Positions 1-12,248 of a stretch of 64,000 nucleotides of DNA are shown here, piece after piece. The notes beneath the pieces were generated by a model. The model was given only the letters and a program-made list of their open reading frames with translations, searched no databases and had not been told where the DNA came from. Position 1 is the first letter of the stretch. Each line of letters opens with the position of its first letter. The translations under genes were made by a program, and so were the position numbers. The stretch covers positions 17,794,001-17,858,000 of the forward strand of contig NW_024704749.1 of the NCBI RefSeq assembly GCF_018977255.1, written 5' to 3'. Origin of the DNA: Callorhinchus milii (Eukaryota).

Positions 1-149
1 TGCGGCCCGACCGACCCTCGACATTGACTGCCAGTGTATTCTGGTGCATTAATCGATGCTTGACCTTTGGGACATCCCTGTAAATAGAGAAGAGTAATTT
101 ACATTGCATTTCCAATTTGATTTATTTACCCCCATTTTACAGTGTGACA

Positions 150-260
150 AGGAATATGGAGCAAAAGTGGGTAAATGGAGTTGAGGTACACATCAGTCAT
201 GATGCAATAGAGTGGCAGAGCGGGCTCGTGGGTCTGAGTCGCCTACTCCTATGCTTCCTG
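150..260 (+). mobile_element. CR1-type LINE 3' end fragment
   Basis: Similar to the copy at 44430-44580 (ggagttgaggtaca.atcag.catgat...gcctactcct) and to the reverse copy at 21458-21590. CR1 family assignment is from recall. Confidence 0.6.
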
Positions 261-500
261 CTCCCAATTGTAAACCAACTGGAGTGCCTTTAGCAGGGGG
301 GTAAATGAATAATTCTTGATATTCTTGCAATTTGATGATTGTCAAAACAAAGAAGTGTGTTTGCTAATGGAGCTCAAAAGAAGAATGAGGGGAAAAAATT
401 TAAGAATAGCGGTGAATTCTGCTTAATGTTGGACTAAGTGAGTTGTACAGGTAGACCATTGTTGCCTAATGGACCTAATGGTAGCCTGGGCACCCTGCAG

Positions 501-3500
501 GGTGGATTGCCAGTTCAGGAGGACATGCTGAACGCAGAGCGAGCCCTGCAGCAAATGCGAGATCTGATTGCCGCGATGCTTCACCAAATTGCTGCCGCCT
601 TAGCGGAAAAGAAAAGGCTAAAGGAAGAAGAGGAGAAAGCGCTTCAGAAAAAACAGGAAGTCCAAAAGGAAATTCCAGCACCAGCTCCTCAACAGAAGAC
701 CGGTGGTCGTAAAGAAGGTATTTATTGCATTCGTGAAACCTACCTATTGAGTAGCTACACTTTTCTTGGCACATTTTATTGCCGTTATATCACTAATTCT
801 GGAAGAAAAGTTGCTCTGCCAATGCAGTGACATTGAGTCAGGAAGGCCGCTGAACTTTATATAGTACTATAGGCGTTTAAACCAGGAGGACGTCATTCGG
901 CCTGTTGTGCCTGTGCTTGCTATCTGAAAGATCTACCCATTTGTCCCATTCTTTTACCTTCTCCCATGACCTTTAATATTTCTTCTTTTCAGATATGTAG
1001 CCAATTCCCTCTTAAAATCGATTCTGCCTTGACCACAGTTCTGCATTGGGCATTCCACGTCTTAGTAATCCTCTGTACAAAAATTTAAAAAAATAATTCT
1101 CACATCTCTCTTTGGTCTAATTTTCCCCTTAAATCTATGTAAATAGGGTGATGTTCCAAATCTCAGCTGTACTACTGCATTAACCAGCAAGCAAAGAGTT
1201 TCAGATGAATCTGTTTTCATGCCCTTTGTTTCAATGGCAGGGCTACAAATGAGGGCAGATGTCGGCACTTTACAGTGGTATCAGCAATTGCAGGATATAT
1301 GTGACCAATGTGCAGCATCGATTGATGATTTCAACAGCAGCAAGGACATTAGGGTAAAGTTTCAATAATGTTTTGTATCTTCTGCCCCCTCTTTGCCTCC
1401 TGGCTGTTTTTTTCAGCCGAATAGCCGATTAGCATGACTATTCCAGATATTACTGCAAACCTCTTTTATCAATTAGTAGTTGTTGACTTGGGTAACAGAA
1501 TATACGTGTTACCATTTCCAGGTCAAAAAAATCAAGATGGAACTTCAGAAAACTGCAACAATTCCTGTTGGCCAGATCTCCTCCATTTCAGGTGAGTGCA
1601 GCATAACTGATGACAGCTTATCTTCTCTATAGTCCATTTATACACTCTACACTCCATCCCACGCAGTCCCATCTGATTGACACTGTTGGGAGTAGAGAAG
1701 AGAGTTTCTCCTGGTATCCCGGCTGCTAATCCTCCAGATAAAATCAGTCATTCCCTTCGTGGCTGTTTGTGGGACGCTCCTGTGTGCAAATTAGCTGCCT
1801 GCAAACACACAGTCGCAACACTTTTCAGTGAATCCTGTGAAGTGCTTTGAAGCGTCCTCCCAACTTCAAAGGCGCTATATCAAATGCAAGGGTTATTAAT
1901 TACTATTCCCATTTTTGTTCCCTGGCACTTTCCCGCTCTCCGCATAGCTTAATACCCCTTCTTCATAAGTATCTTTCTATTCCCTTTTTAAGGAACACAC
2001 ACTACAGTCCACAGCTGGGCTCAGTTAAAGGATACACTGATATGCAATTGTTACATTTTATGATTCATAAACTGTAAATTGATCTAGAAATAATTACAAT
2101 CATTTTCCTATTGCTTTTGCAGGGTATCACCTCCGTGAAATCTTCGATAAAATTAATAACCTGCTCTTAGGCAAGCAAACCCTATCTGGTGGGAAGATGG
2201 TCTCAGTCACACAGCACCCACAAGGCCTGGACTTTGTCTGCTACAAATTGGCAGAAAAATTTGTGGTGAGAAAACAACAAATTACATTTATAAAGCGCCT
2301 TTCACGTCGGGGAGGACGGCCCAAGGCGCTCACACAGTGTGAGCTAAAGGACAAATTAAAAACACCGACAAATATGTACTATACTATGTAAGGGCATAGC
2401 TGGAGTACAATCTCAATGTTATTCAATACTTTTTTTTAAAAAAGATGAAAGCAGAGAGATCCAGCAAGGCCTACATCGATTGACTGCGGGACACTGATTT
2501 GAGCGTCTGAGCTCCTGTTAAACAGCAACTGGGCTAATTGCTGGATCACTGTCAGAATCCATCACCGTGTCTGGCACATCTGACTTACTCCACTTCCTAT
2601 ACTTACAAAAATATCTCTTAATCGACTTCTCCCAGTTGATTCCTCCATTGCCCTTTGTCCTGGGAAATGTGATGTACCTAACAGGCAGCCCCCTTGTGGA
2701 GAAAGATCTAAGTCATAGAATCCCTGAATTTTATAATCCCTGACAGAGAGCTCAGTCTCACTTGACTTTTTCCTATATCTTTTTTATATGTCCTACAACT
2801 CTGTGACATGTTTAACTCCAGGATCAAGGTACTGACAGGACTTTACGGGGATATATCAAACGCAAGGATTATTATTATTATTATATCTTAAGTCGCTGAC
2901 AATTTTGCTACCTGATTAAGGTGTTGTAAGGCTTTATGTCTAAAATCTAATCCATCTGCGATTAAGAGCCAAAGCACAGTGAGGTGTGTTCTGGTCTCAC
3001 GCGATTTACTTCTCTAATGGCAATTCTTCACTTGCAGAAACAAGGGGAGGAGGAGGTAGCGTCTCACTACGAGGCTGCCTTTCCCATAGCGGTCGTGGCT
3101 TCTGGGATCTGGGAGTTGCATCCAAAGTTTGGCGACCTTTTCTTGGCTCACTTGCACCGAAAATGCCCTTATGCGGTTCCATTTTTCCCTGGGTGGAAGG
3201 AGGGATTACCAAAAGAAGAGTATCAGAGGTACAGCTTCCTAATTGGTGATTGTTGTCAGAATTGTACGTTCTATATTCTGTGTCAGCTGGCTCAGTTGTA
3301 GCATTGCTGCTATTAAAGCTTGGGGTAAGAGGTTTTATTTCTAGGATTAAAATGTTCATTTTGCAATTAAGCTTCAGCCTATTATTGTTTGTAGTAGTAT
3401 TATTATGGTTTCCCTGTAGGTTACTGGGCTATCGAGTCCTGGATAACGGTGTTGAGCAACAGGACAACTTTTTGAAACGGATGTCAGGGATGGTCCGCCT

Positions 3501-6500
3501 GTATGCCGCCATCATACAGATGAGGTGGCCTTATGGATCAAAACAAGGGGTATGTACAAATGTTCGTAGAGAATCTGCTTTGCCTCGGCATTAGGTCACC
3601 AAAATTCTGCCTCATCCTTTTTTGAATAACAAGCTACTGCTCCATTTTGCAGTGACCAAGATCAATCCAAAAAAAATTTGATTTCAATCCACGACCGTTT
3701 GTGGGACGCTGCTGTCGCAATCGGCTGCTGCGTTTCTCCCACAATCAATTCACTTTACCGTATATTCTGTGAAGCGCATTGAAACGTCTCAACGACGCGA
3801 TAAGGCGCTATATCAAATGCAAGGATTATTATTATTGTTACGTTGCAGTTACGCACCACTTTCTGTGAGTAGCACTGACTGGATCCCATGGCTCCAGCAA
3901 AATGTACTATTTTAAACCTCTTTAATTTGGAGACATTAAAAATTCCAATTCTCTGGTGTGTAACATTCTGGTTCAATGGGCTACATTGTGATTAATTTAA
4001 ATTGGGTTCTGCAAACATTACATTTTAATATCTCAACCGTAGGGGGTTTAAAAAGCACAATTTGCCTGTGCTTTGAGTTCCACTGATTTCAACAAAGAAA
4101 AATTGGAGCAATTGAGATTCAAAGACCGTAAATTCGATGTTGCAATATTCGGTTTTGTGTTTAAAATGGAGACATTTTTCTGAAACAAAATGGATCTGAT
4201 TTTCGATGGGGATTGAATTTCTGCCTTAATCTAAATCGGTACAATGGTAGGTGAGACTGTTGAAGTTACTAAAGTATAAATGATGGAGTGTTTGGTATGT
4301 CAGTACTGTTCCATGATGAAGGTATTCAATAGGAGCCTGGGGTGAGCTTGTCACTGACTTTCTTCTTATAGGGTAAATGTTGCATTTGACTGTAGGTAGC
4401 ACAGCTGAGTCTAGGAACTCCCAGTGTGGAGAACCCATGTCCTTCAGCTTTGAGGCACATAACATTACAATGTGTGCATGTGTGTCTGTGTGTGTGGTGT
4501 ATGTGTAATGATTAATCTGTGTGCTTGCTACAGAAGAAATCGCTTGTTTTGAAAGCCTGTCAAGAGTTCAGTCAAGTGTCAACAGATAATTAAAAAGAAA
4601 CTTGAATGTTGTAAATTGTATTGCGATAGCCTTGCATAATATGTACGGTTTGATGTGTAAGTGGATTGAATGTTGTGCATAACTGCAGTATTTATGTGCT
4701 ATTTATGGTCCTCACCTACAAAGCTCTCAATGGTTTTGCCCCACCCTATCTCTGTGATCTCCTAACCCCCTACCAACCCGCCCGCTCCCTCTGCTCAGCT
4801 GGCTCCAGCCTGCTCCATATCGACTGACCCACCCCATCCACCTTTGGCAGGAGAGCCTTCTACCACTCTGCCCCCAACCTCTGGAACTCCATCCCCCAAT
4901 CACTCCGCCTCGCCCCCTCCTTAGCCTCCTTCAAGACCTGCCTCAAAACCCTCCTCTTCGACCATGCATTGGTCACCCCGCTTCCCCTCCCCTCCCTTCT
5001 CCCCCTGATCCTAGCTCGGGTCTGAAATGCTGTACATTGTCCAGCGCCTTGGGACATCCTCCCAAAATGAAAGGCGCTATACAAGTGTAATCTTGTTGTT
5101 GTTATTAATTTGCACAGGTGCATCCTCATGGACTGAATCATGGTTGGCGCTGGCTGGCTCAGATGTTAAACATGGAACCATTGGCTGACATTACAGCAAC
5201 CCTACTCTTTGACTTCTTAGAGGTATAACGTTGTTCACATCACAGTGAAACATTCTCTGTTACTTGCACTTTACCTGACAGATATTTAGCATACATGTGT
5301 CATGTACGACAATGATGTGTGGCTGTTGATTTGGGCTCGTTTATACTCTGGCTGATCAGTAGATTGCATTCAGTAGAATGTGCTTTGATGTACCAATGTT
5401 ATTGTGGGGCGTGGGGGGACATGGAGGAATGGAACAATGGAACGTGGATTGGTCATTCTTGCCATTGCTTGTGGGACCTAGTTGGCTGCCATCTTTGCCT
5501 ACAGATGTACACTCCCTGCACAGCATGAATTCCCTGTGATGGACTTTGAGACAATTCAACGTTATAGGTGCAGTATCAAGTGTAAAAATAGGTTCAGTAA
5601 AATTAGATTCTGTACCTCTCAACATTTGGGCTCATCCAACAATAATTCCATCTTTCAGATGAGACATTAAACCTAGATCCCACCTGCCTGTTCAGGTGGA
5701 TGTTAAAGATCTCATGGCACTATTTGAAAAGAGAAGGGAGTTTCCCCGGTGTCCTGGCCAACAATCCCCCTAAACACAAATTGCTCACTGACTCCATTGT
5801 TGTGTGCTGCTGACTGCCACGTTTCGGCTAAAAAATACAGTCAGTCCACTACAGTATATCCTATAAAGTGTTTTGAAATGTCTCAACAAGGTGATAAGGT
5901 GCTATATCAAATGCAAGGATCATTAAGGAATTATTATTCTGTTTTTGCAAGTATTATTTGTATTATAAATAATCTCATGACAACCTAATAAGACGATGGT
6001 ATCATCAGCCACCGAATTCAAGGTATTATACATTAAAGTGATATCCACAAGGGATCACTATGAAATGTTTACTGTAGGCCTGGAAAGCAGTGGATTAAAC
6101 ATATTGTCTTAGTACAGTGGGTTTGATGCTCCTAATAAAGGGAATTGCTTTCTCAAGCCTCGTATGTTATCCTGAGATGTTCTGAAGGGGGTTGATTCCG
6201 TGGTCTAACCTCTTGGTTGCTTTCCCTCCAGGTCTGTGGCTATGCCTTGATGAAACAATATCAGATGCAGTTCTGGAAGAAAATTCACCTGATCAAGGAT
6301 CATTACTTCTCTAGGTATTGAGCTAGCAAAGAATGAGTTTATAGTCTAGACATATTTTATTTATGTCTCAGCAAATGTCCCCATTTGAATTGTTTTCAAC
6401 CATATTCTTAGGAGAGGAGAAAGTAATATGCTATACAGTACTTTTGCAATAATATGACAGTGAGTTCCCTGCAGTGTGTGCCTCACAGCAGTTGTTTTGT

Positions 6501-7472
6501 GTGCAGGCAGAAACGTATTGATGCAATAGTTTCACTTTACTTTTAATGATTTGTTTTCTTCCAGGATTGAATCCGTTACAGGGTCTGGACAGATTGGAGC
6601 TGTAATCAGGTTGCGCCAGTTCCTGGAGGTAAGCCATGTTGCCACTTGTGTGACTTATTAATATTATTATTAATTCTTGCACATCCCACGGCAGGGGAGA
6701 TTAAACATGATGAATCCAATTCCCAACGCGAGTGTTAGTCGCGTGCACAAAGCTGCTCTCCTGATTCCAATCAATCTTTCCAAAATAATTCACCCTTATG
6801 AAGAATGAGGTGTATTTCTGCCACTGGCTTTTGAGATACACTTTGATGCAATTTATATATCTGATGCTAAGTGTTCCACATTGTCAGGCTAAAACAATAA
6901 GTGACCTGTGAGATGGCCCTCAAACCTCGCTCTTCTCCCCTACCCTTACCTTCTTGGGTTTCCACTCCATCTCTGGACTTCAAGACATTCTCATCTGTGA
7001 AAGGCACTTTGTAAGTGCAGATTGGTATTGCTTTAATACTGCAGAAACTTGTTCCTCCCCCATCAGCCTTTACTTACACCACGGTTCAATGGTCTTTGAG
7101 AGGGGGGGTGGAGAAGGACAGAAGTTCTAAACTAACTTCCATCTATTTAAAGTTATATTAATAACTGGACCTTATTTAATTTGTGTATTTGTTATATTGG
7201 AGAACCAGCACAGTCACGGTAGTCTGAATGGGCTCTGGGATGCTACCCTGCATGAAGGGCACTATATAAATGCAAGTTGTTGTTGTTGAATGGCCTCCAT
7301 TTGTGCTGTAAATTTCTTTGATTCTATGAATAAGATTTGTACTGGGAACAATGCCATCCTTGGAATTCTTGTTGACTTCTCTCGGTTTTCCTTTGCATTG
7401 CAGAAGTGCCTGGATCGCCGAGAAATTCCTTTACCAAAGGGTTACTTGCAGCCCTCGTTCTGGAGAACATGA
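501..7472 (+). CDS. GLE1: mRNA export factor GLE1, 3' part (10 coding exons; 5' exons lie upstream of the window)
   Basis: Exons 501-717, 1241-1353, 1522-1591, 2123-2265, 3038-3228, 3420-3549, 5118-5222, 6232-6314, 6565-6628, 7404-7472 (TGA). All introns are GT-AG and phase-consistent. Peptides [72 protein letters not shown] and C-terminal [12 protein letters not shown] match vertebrate GLE1 (B isoform). Confidence 0.96.
1690..1905 (+). mobile_element. SINE 3' fragment (Deu-type tail)
   Basis: gctgtttgtgggacgctcctgtgtgcaaattagctgcc...aaaggcgctatatcaaatgcaagg, shared with the near-full copies at 11450 and 61507. Confidence 0.75.
2272..2340 (-). mobile_element. L2-type LINE 3' tail fragment
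   Basis: acaacaaattacatttataaagcgcctttcacgtcgggg is the reverse complement of the tail of the 4700-5105 element. Confidence 0.65.
3690..3840 (+). mobile_element. SINE 3' fragment
   Basis: gtttgtgggacgctgctgtcgcaatcggctgc...gcgctatatcaaatgcaaggattattattatt, same family as 11450-11765. Confidence 0.8.
4700..5105 (+). mobile_element. L2-clade LINE, 5'-truncated (ORF2 C-terminus plus 3' UTR and (TTG)n tail)
   Basis: Translates to [19 protein letters not shown]...[19 protein letters not shown]...[11 protein letters not shown], typical of an L2 ORF2 end. Ends aaaggcgctatacaagtgtaatcttgttgttgtt. A related reverse copy lies at 35660-35865. Confidence 0.85.
5648..5940 (+). mobile_element. DeuSINE-type element retaining the Deu core (AmnSINE1/SacSINE1-like)
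   Basis: tctttcagatgagacattaaacc...ttcaggtggatgttaaagatctcatggcactatttgaa...gggagtttccccggtgtcctggccaa resembles the Deu-domain consensus as I recall it, and is followed by the gtgctatatcaaatgcaagga tail. Confidence 0.75.
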
Positions 7473-8929
7473 GCAAACGAACGCATTAGATTGAACAGGG
7501 CTAGGAAATGGGAGCTGCTGCTTCATTTCCTATTGACATTAAGAATAATGTTTTAAGTGTTGGGAACGTTGGATTCATGGAAGACGTCGAAGGCTTGTTT
7601 GTTTTTAGCTGTGGTGATTGCCAATTTTAAGCTTCATGCTGTTCCAGTCTTTTTTTGTCTTAAGGTTCAGCACTGGCTGTGTCAGCACGTTATTTTAAAT
7701 GGTAAGAGCCCGAAGATGAACCTCATCTATTTATTGTAAACTGGGTCAATTTTGCTGTATATCTATTTTTGTGCAAATCAGTTTGTAAACTCTAATGTAA
7801 CCGCATTTAAATATTGGGCTGGGAAAGAGGCCAGATGCTGTACTGGCCAGAACTTAGTCTTTAGATTTGCCTCAATACAAAAGGTGCACAGCGTAAAATG
7901 AATGCACTCAGAAAAACATATATAAATTATTGTAGCCCAGTATTGCTTATGCTGTACCAGGCTATCTCTTATTTCTTACGCAAAAGTAAACCAATTAACT
8001 GTATTTTTTTAAGGACGTTTTGAACAAAGATTGTGCAGGTTATATGGAACTGATCATGTGAAAGTGTGCGATATCCATGGACTCATTATGTGACGGTGTC
8101 TCCATATGACACTGGTAATTGGGATCCCCATTTTACATTCAGTACTGAGAGCTATAGGTGGCTATTTGTTTTTCCGAGGCGTTTTTTGAAATTAAACGTG
8201 CACTTTGTGTGACTTTGTACCCTGAGTTCGACACAGGTGTAAAAACAAATGCTGTACTCATGACTGGAATATGTGTTATTGTCATTTTAAAGTTGTCAAA
8301 AGCCATCAAATGAATTTGCTGCAGTATTTGATGTGCTTTGAGTTGTCTATTGGTGGGGGGGTGGAAGGAGATGTTAATTGAACAATAAGAATAAGGTGCT
8401 GGAACACAAGCATTTGTAAGGGAAAGGTAAGTTAACGTGTCGGGTGTGACCTTAAAAGCTAACCTAATTTATGAAATGTTCAATTCTCAACTAGTTGTAA
8501 TCTCACTTGGCCGACAAAGGAATGTAGCATTTAATAGTGGAATTTATTAACTTTCTCTGAAGAAGGAAATCTAGGGCGCATGTTTCCTCATCTGTGAAGT
8601 TTAAGCCTGGTGGTGTGCGCGAATAATGGGATTTCCCCATGATAAGTGCATGCTAGCAAGATTTATACATCAGGGTAGCTTCAACCCCTAGTGTATTGTA
8701 CCTACTTTCCTTAATGACCTTTAATTTTGTACCTGTTACTGCATATTGGTCTGTTTTGTTTATATATGTGTGTGTTTTATATATTGTATAAGGTTTATAT
8801 ATTATATATATAAAATACATATATCATTGCAGTTTGTTAACTTTGCAGTGATGGGTAAGGAACTTGACTTTCAGAAAATAGAAGTTTGGGGTCAATATTT
8901 TTTATGGTGTGGCCCTGGCTCATACATAC

Positions 8930-9270
8930 GTATGGTCTCTAGTTTAAGCCCTGATTGAATTTGCTTTTCTCAGCTGAAACACCAGAGGGGGCACTGCCAT
9001 TGGGTCTCAAGTGCTCTTGGGGTGCAAGAGAGGAAAAGTATGTTTGTTACCTGTTGCTAATCACTGTCTGGTGACCCGTGCTAGAAAGTGTGTGGATGCA
9101 GGGTGAGAGCAGGATCGAGCTAGTTCTGCATGGATATACACACACACAGATTGACTTGCCTGCTAATACTCACTCAAGGTTCACACATGAAGAACACCCA
9201 CTTGGGGGAAAGCATACGAGCGGTGCTGGCCCTCTGAATTATCCCCAGGGTGAATGGATATCATAAGAAA
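8930..9270 (+). mobile_element. Old, diverged SINE-like element (unclassified family)
   Basis: The 5' part loosely resembles the reverse complement of tgagatcagctaactcagcaca (17789) and tgagatcagtgtactcagtaca (49318). The body (gtgacccgtgctagaaag...gggtgagagcaggatcgagct...cacacatgaagaa) resembles a chondrichthyan repeat from recall. Confidence 0.4.
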
Positions 9271-9434
9271 ATATTAAGGAAACGTGGATTTAACCTATTT
9301 ATCAATGCAGCATCAGGTAATGGAGATGCAATGTGGACCCCACAGAAATAGCCAGAGAACAGCTGAGTTATTTGATTCCTTTAACAGTTGTTTTTACTTG
9401 GCTGATTATGTGTTTAAAGTAATCTGTTAAATTG

Positions 9435-9440
9435 AATAAA
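9435..9440 (+). terminator. Candidate GLE1 polyadenylation signal (AATAAA)
   Basis: First canonical AATAAA I found after the GLE1 stop, with T/GT-rich sequence downstream. An ATTAAA near 8191 is an alternative. Confidence 0.35.
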
Positions 9441-11449
9441 ATGTGTACAAAGTAGCCTGGTGCTACATGTGTAATATGTAAACTGTTTTGTTCATTTACG
9501 TCACCATTATTTACTGGGTATGGTACCAGTCTGAGTCACTGTGATAATTCCACAGAGGGGTGCAATATATCCCACAGACTTTCTTGCTCTGTACTCAGGC
9601 TGAAACCTTGGTAAAATATCAAACAATAAATAACACAATTTGAAATTAATCCTAACTGAGGATTCTTTACCTAGGCATTTTAGCTTTCTGATCTGTGTTG
9701 AAAGAAAAGACATGGAATAGTGAGATATCACAGCTTTACAGTAGATAACATGGTGCAAGAGCGATTAGTAGATTTCTTATGACACAGAAGTGCCAAATAG
9801 TAGCAGTAACAGGGGAACTGAGCTTCATTCTCACGTATTAATAGTATTACATCTATTCTTAGCTCACAAACTTACCAATTAAATAAAGATTTAAGAATTT
9901 CAAAAGGGAAGTCACAGGTTGTCACAACGGTCTAATTTGAATTGTCAACAAAAGCGGGAGGTGACCTAAAATTTTAAATATTAGTGCAAATTTTATTTTT
10001 TGGTTACCAAAACGTTAAATGCCATTTGATATAACTTTTAAAGATTCAGCAATTATATACTACAGTTCTTAAATTTTATCCAGAGGTTAGAAAGCATCAG
10101 AATAATTTGTACATACTGTATTTTTTGCATGGTGACTCAAATTCTAGATTCAGATTGAAGTCTAGTTCCGTCTTATTGTCAAACTAGATTGGTACTTGCG
10201 ATCACTTGAGTTTGTTTTTCTCTGTAAAAGTGTCTCGAATCGAAAGTGATGACGAAAACGGCACAAATATGCAAACGAAGTGACCCATTTAGCTCTGCCT
10301 CATAGCCATCTACTTCTACATTGTAGATTGTTTTTAGTACTTGATCTGACTGCAAGTGACTCCAGCTTCAACCAAGCAAGTCATGTGTAAACCAGATGGT
10401 TCTGATACCAGCCTAATACTGAATGAGCAGGTAGTGGTTTAGTGAGTGTGCCCAGAGATACTATTCACTGAAATGTAGGTGAACAAGTCAGTGTCTCTGT
10501 TTCCCTCATCCCTTCCACCCAAACCAGCACAATGTCCCCATTGCACAGTTCCAAGTCTCAGCGATGTTGATTTGTGCCCATTAGTTGTCTAGGCAGGTCA
10601 CTCGCTCTTTCAGCTATGAGACTGGAAAGGAAGAAAATAATTGCATGATGGGATGGAGGGATGTTGACCTTTTTTTCAAGAAAAATGTAAAGGATAATTT
10701 ACGTTGCTTATGTTGAATGCATTAAAAAGTTGTGATTTTTTTTTCTATTTTAAAAAAATCTAGATTTTACTGCAAGGTTTCCAAATGTGTGTTGTGAATC
10801 CAGAGTGGGTATGAGAGAGTGGAGTGGAGGAAAAAAACAGGAAAGAATAGCTAGGGAAGCATTGATTGCTATTGATCGAGAACCACTGGGCACAAAGACT
10901 GAAGTCCTCCGATGGGAGTGTAGAAAGGAGATATTCTGAAGCACATTCCCATAAAGCTGTGGTAGACAAACCTGAAGTAAGTGAATAAATAACAGCAAGT
11001 TATTTTCATCCAAGAGGTGAGTCACTTTACTGCACATGCAGTATTTAATTCAAATTCTCTCCTGCGCTCTCCTACACTGGAAACTCCTACACTTAAGACA
11101 GTAATTGCTGACAAGATGCTGAACTACCAGGCGTGGAATAAATGCGACTGCATTTGCCAGAGGTGGTTGGCGAAAGGCCCTGTTTCTGTGCGCTGGGCAG
11201 GCTGAAAACCGGATTGGAGTGGTTCGAGTATGGAGTGGAGGGAGAGGTGTGAGTGATGTCGATTGGCAATGACTCATTCCAAAATTTTGGCCAGGAAGGA
11301 ATACGTGATATGTCACCTACGTTGGCCACTCTGCTGCTTATTTGCCTAAAAATACACAGTCAATCCGTATTACAGGATATTCCGTGAAGCACTTTGCGAC
11401 GTGATAAAGCGCTGTATCAAATGCAAAGATTATTATTATTGCATACATT

Positions 11450-11765
11450 GGAGTCAGTGGTTAGAGCACTCGCTTTGCAAGCGAGAGACCTGAGTTCAAT
11501 TCCAGGCAGAGGGTGAAACCTTGGGCAAGTTTCCTTACTCCACACAGAGCCTAATAATAATCCCTCCAAAACCAAAACATTAAAATTGGTCATTATCGAT
11601 CTACGACTGTTTGTGGGACATTGCTGTACGCAATTGGCTGCCGCGTTCGCCCACAAATATACAGTCAATTCACTTTACAGTGTGTTCTGTGAAGCACTTT
11701 GGGACGTCCTCCCTGACGTGAAAAGCGCTATATCAAATGCAAGGATTATTATTATTATTATTATT
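11450..11765 (+). mobile_element. Near full-length tRNA-derived SINE (preceded by a second SINE tail at about 11320-11439)
   Basis: tRNA-like head with B box gagttcaattcc and a 9-nt deletion in the A box relative to the 61507 copy, Deu-type 3' part, (ATT)n tail. Confidence 0.9.
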
Positions 11766-11955
11766 GCCTCCCAACGGGTAACAGAGTGGCCAGTTTAGGG
11801 TAGTGCTTCTGAAACCGCGTAAGAAGAGACCTTAAAAGGAAAAAAAAAAGATATATATATATATTTTGCAGGTTTACGTTTAAAAAAAATTTAAAAATTA
11901 GGCACAAGTCATTTTCATGCCCAGTCCACAAATAAGGACGTGTTGCCAATGGATT

Positions 11956-12131
11956 GCCGGAAAGTGCCGAAGCCCATGTCGGAGCTCGGCGCCGGAAAGT
12001 GCCGAAGGCTGATCGGCGCCGGAAAGTGCCGAAGCTCCCGTCGGAGCTCGGCGCCGGAAAGTGCCGAAGGCTGATCGGCGCCGGAAAGTGCCGAAGCTCC
12101 CGTCGGAGCTCGGCGCCGGAAAGTGCCGAAG
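11956..12131 (+). repeat. Higher-order tandem array: 6 x GCCGGAAAGTGCCGAAG with alternating 18- and 10-nt spacers (62-bp period)
   Basis: Copies start at 11956, 11991, 12018, 12053, 12080 and 12115. Confidence 0.97.
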
Positions 12132-12248
12132 CCGCCGCTCGGGTGGCTGCGGAGGGTGACATCACCGCCGACAGTCAGTGAAAAAGGTCCGGGGCGGGAG
12201 TCGAACCCGGAGAGTCTGCAGCGGAGAGCGAAGCTACTGCACCCTCTG
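12132..12248 (+). other. SPTAN1: Candidate non-coding exon 1 of SPTAN1 (5' end uncertain)
   Basis: The ATG exon starts cag|AAAATG as in mammals, so an upstream exon is required. A donor CTG|GTAGGT sits at the end of the CpG-rich region. Confidence 0.45.

Noticed and set aside
438-500. Start of ORF 438-830 as a protein N-terminus
   Set aside because: GLE1 similarity begins after the acceptor at 500, so the upstream codons are probably intronic and the true start lies outside the window.
8978-8998. CTCF-like motif caccagagggggcactg
   Set aside because: It fits the consensus only with mismatches in either register and lies inside a probable old repeat.
11956-12131. CRISPR-like repeat-spacer appearance with hairpin repeats
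   Set aside because: Spacers are short (10 and 18 nt) and themselves repeated, there are no cas genes, and the context is a vertebrate promoter. It is a higher-order tandem repeat.
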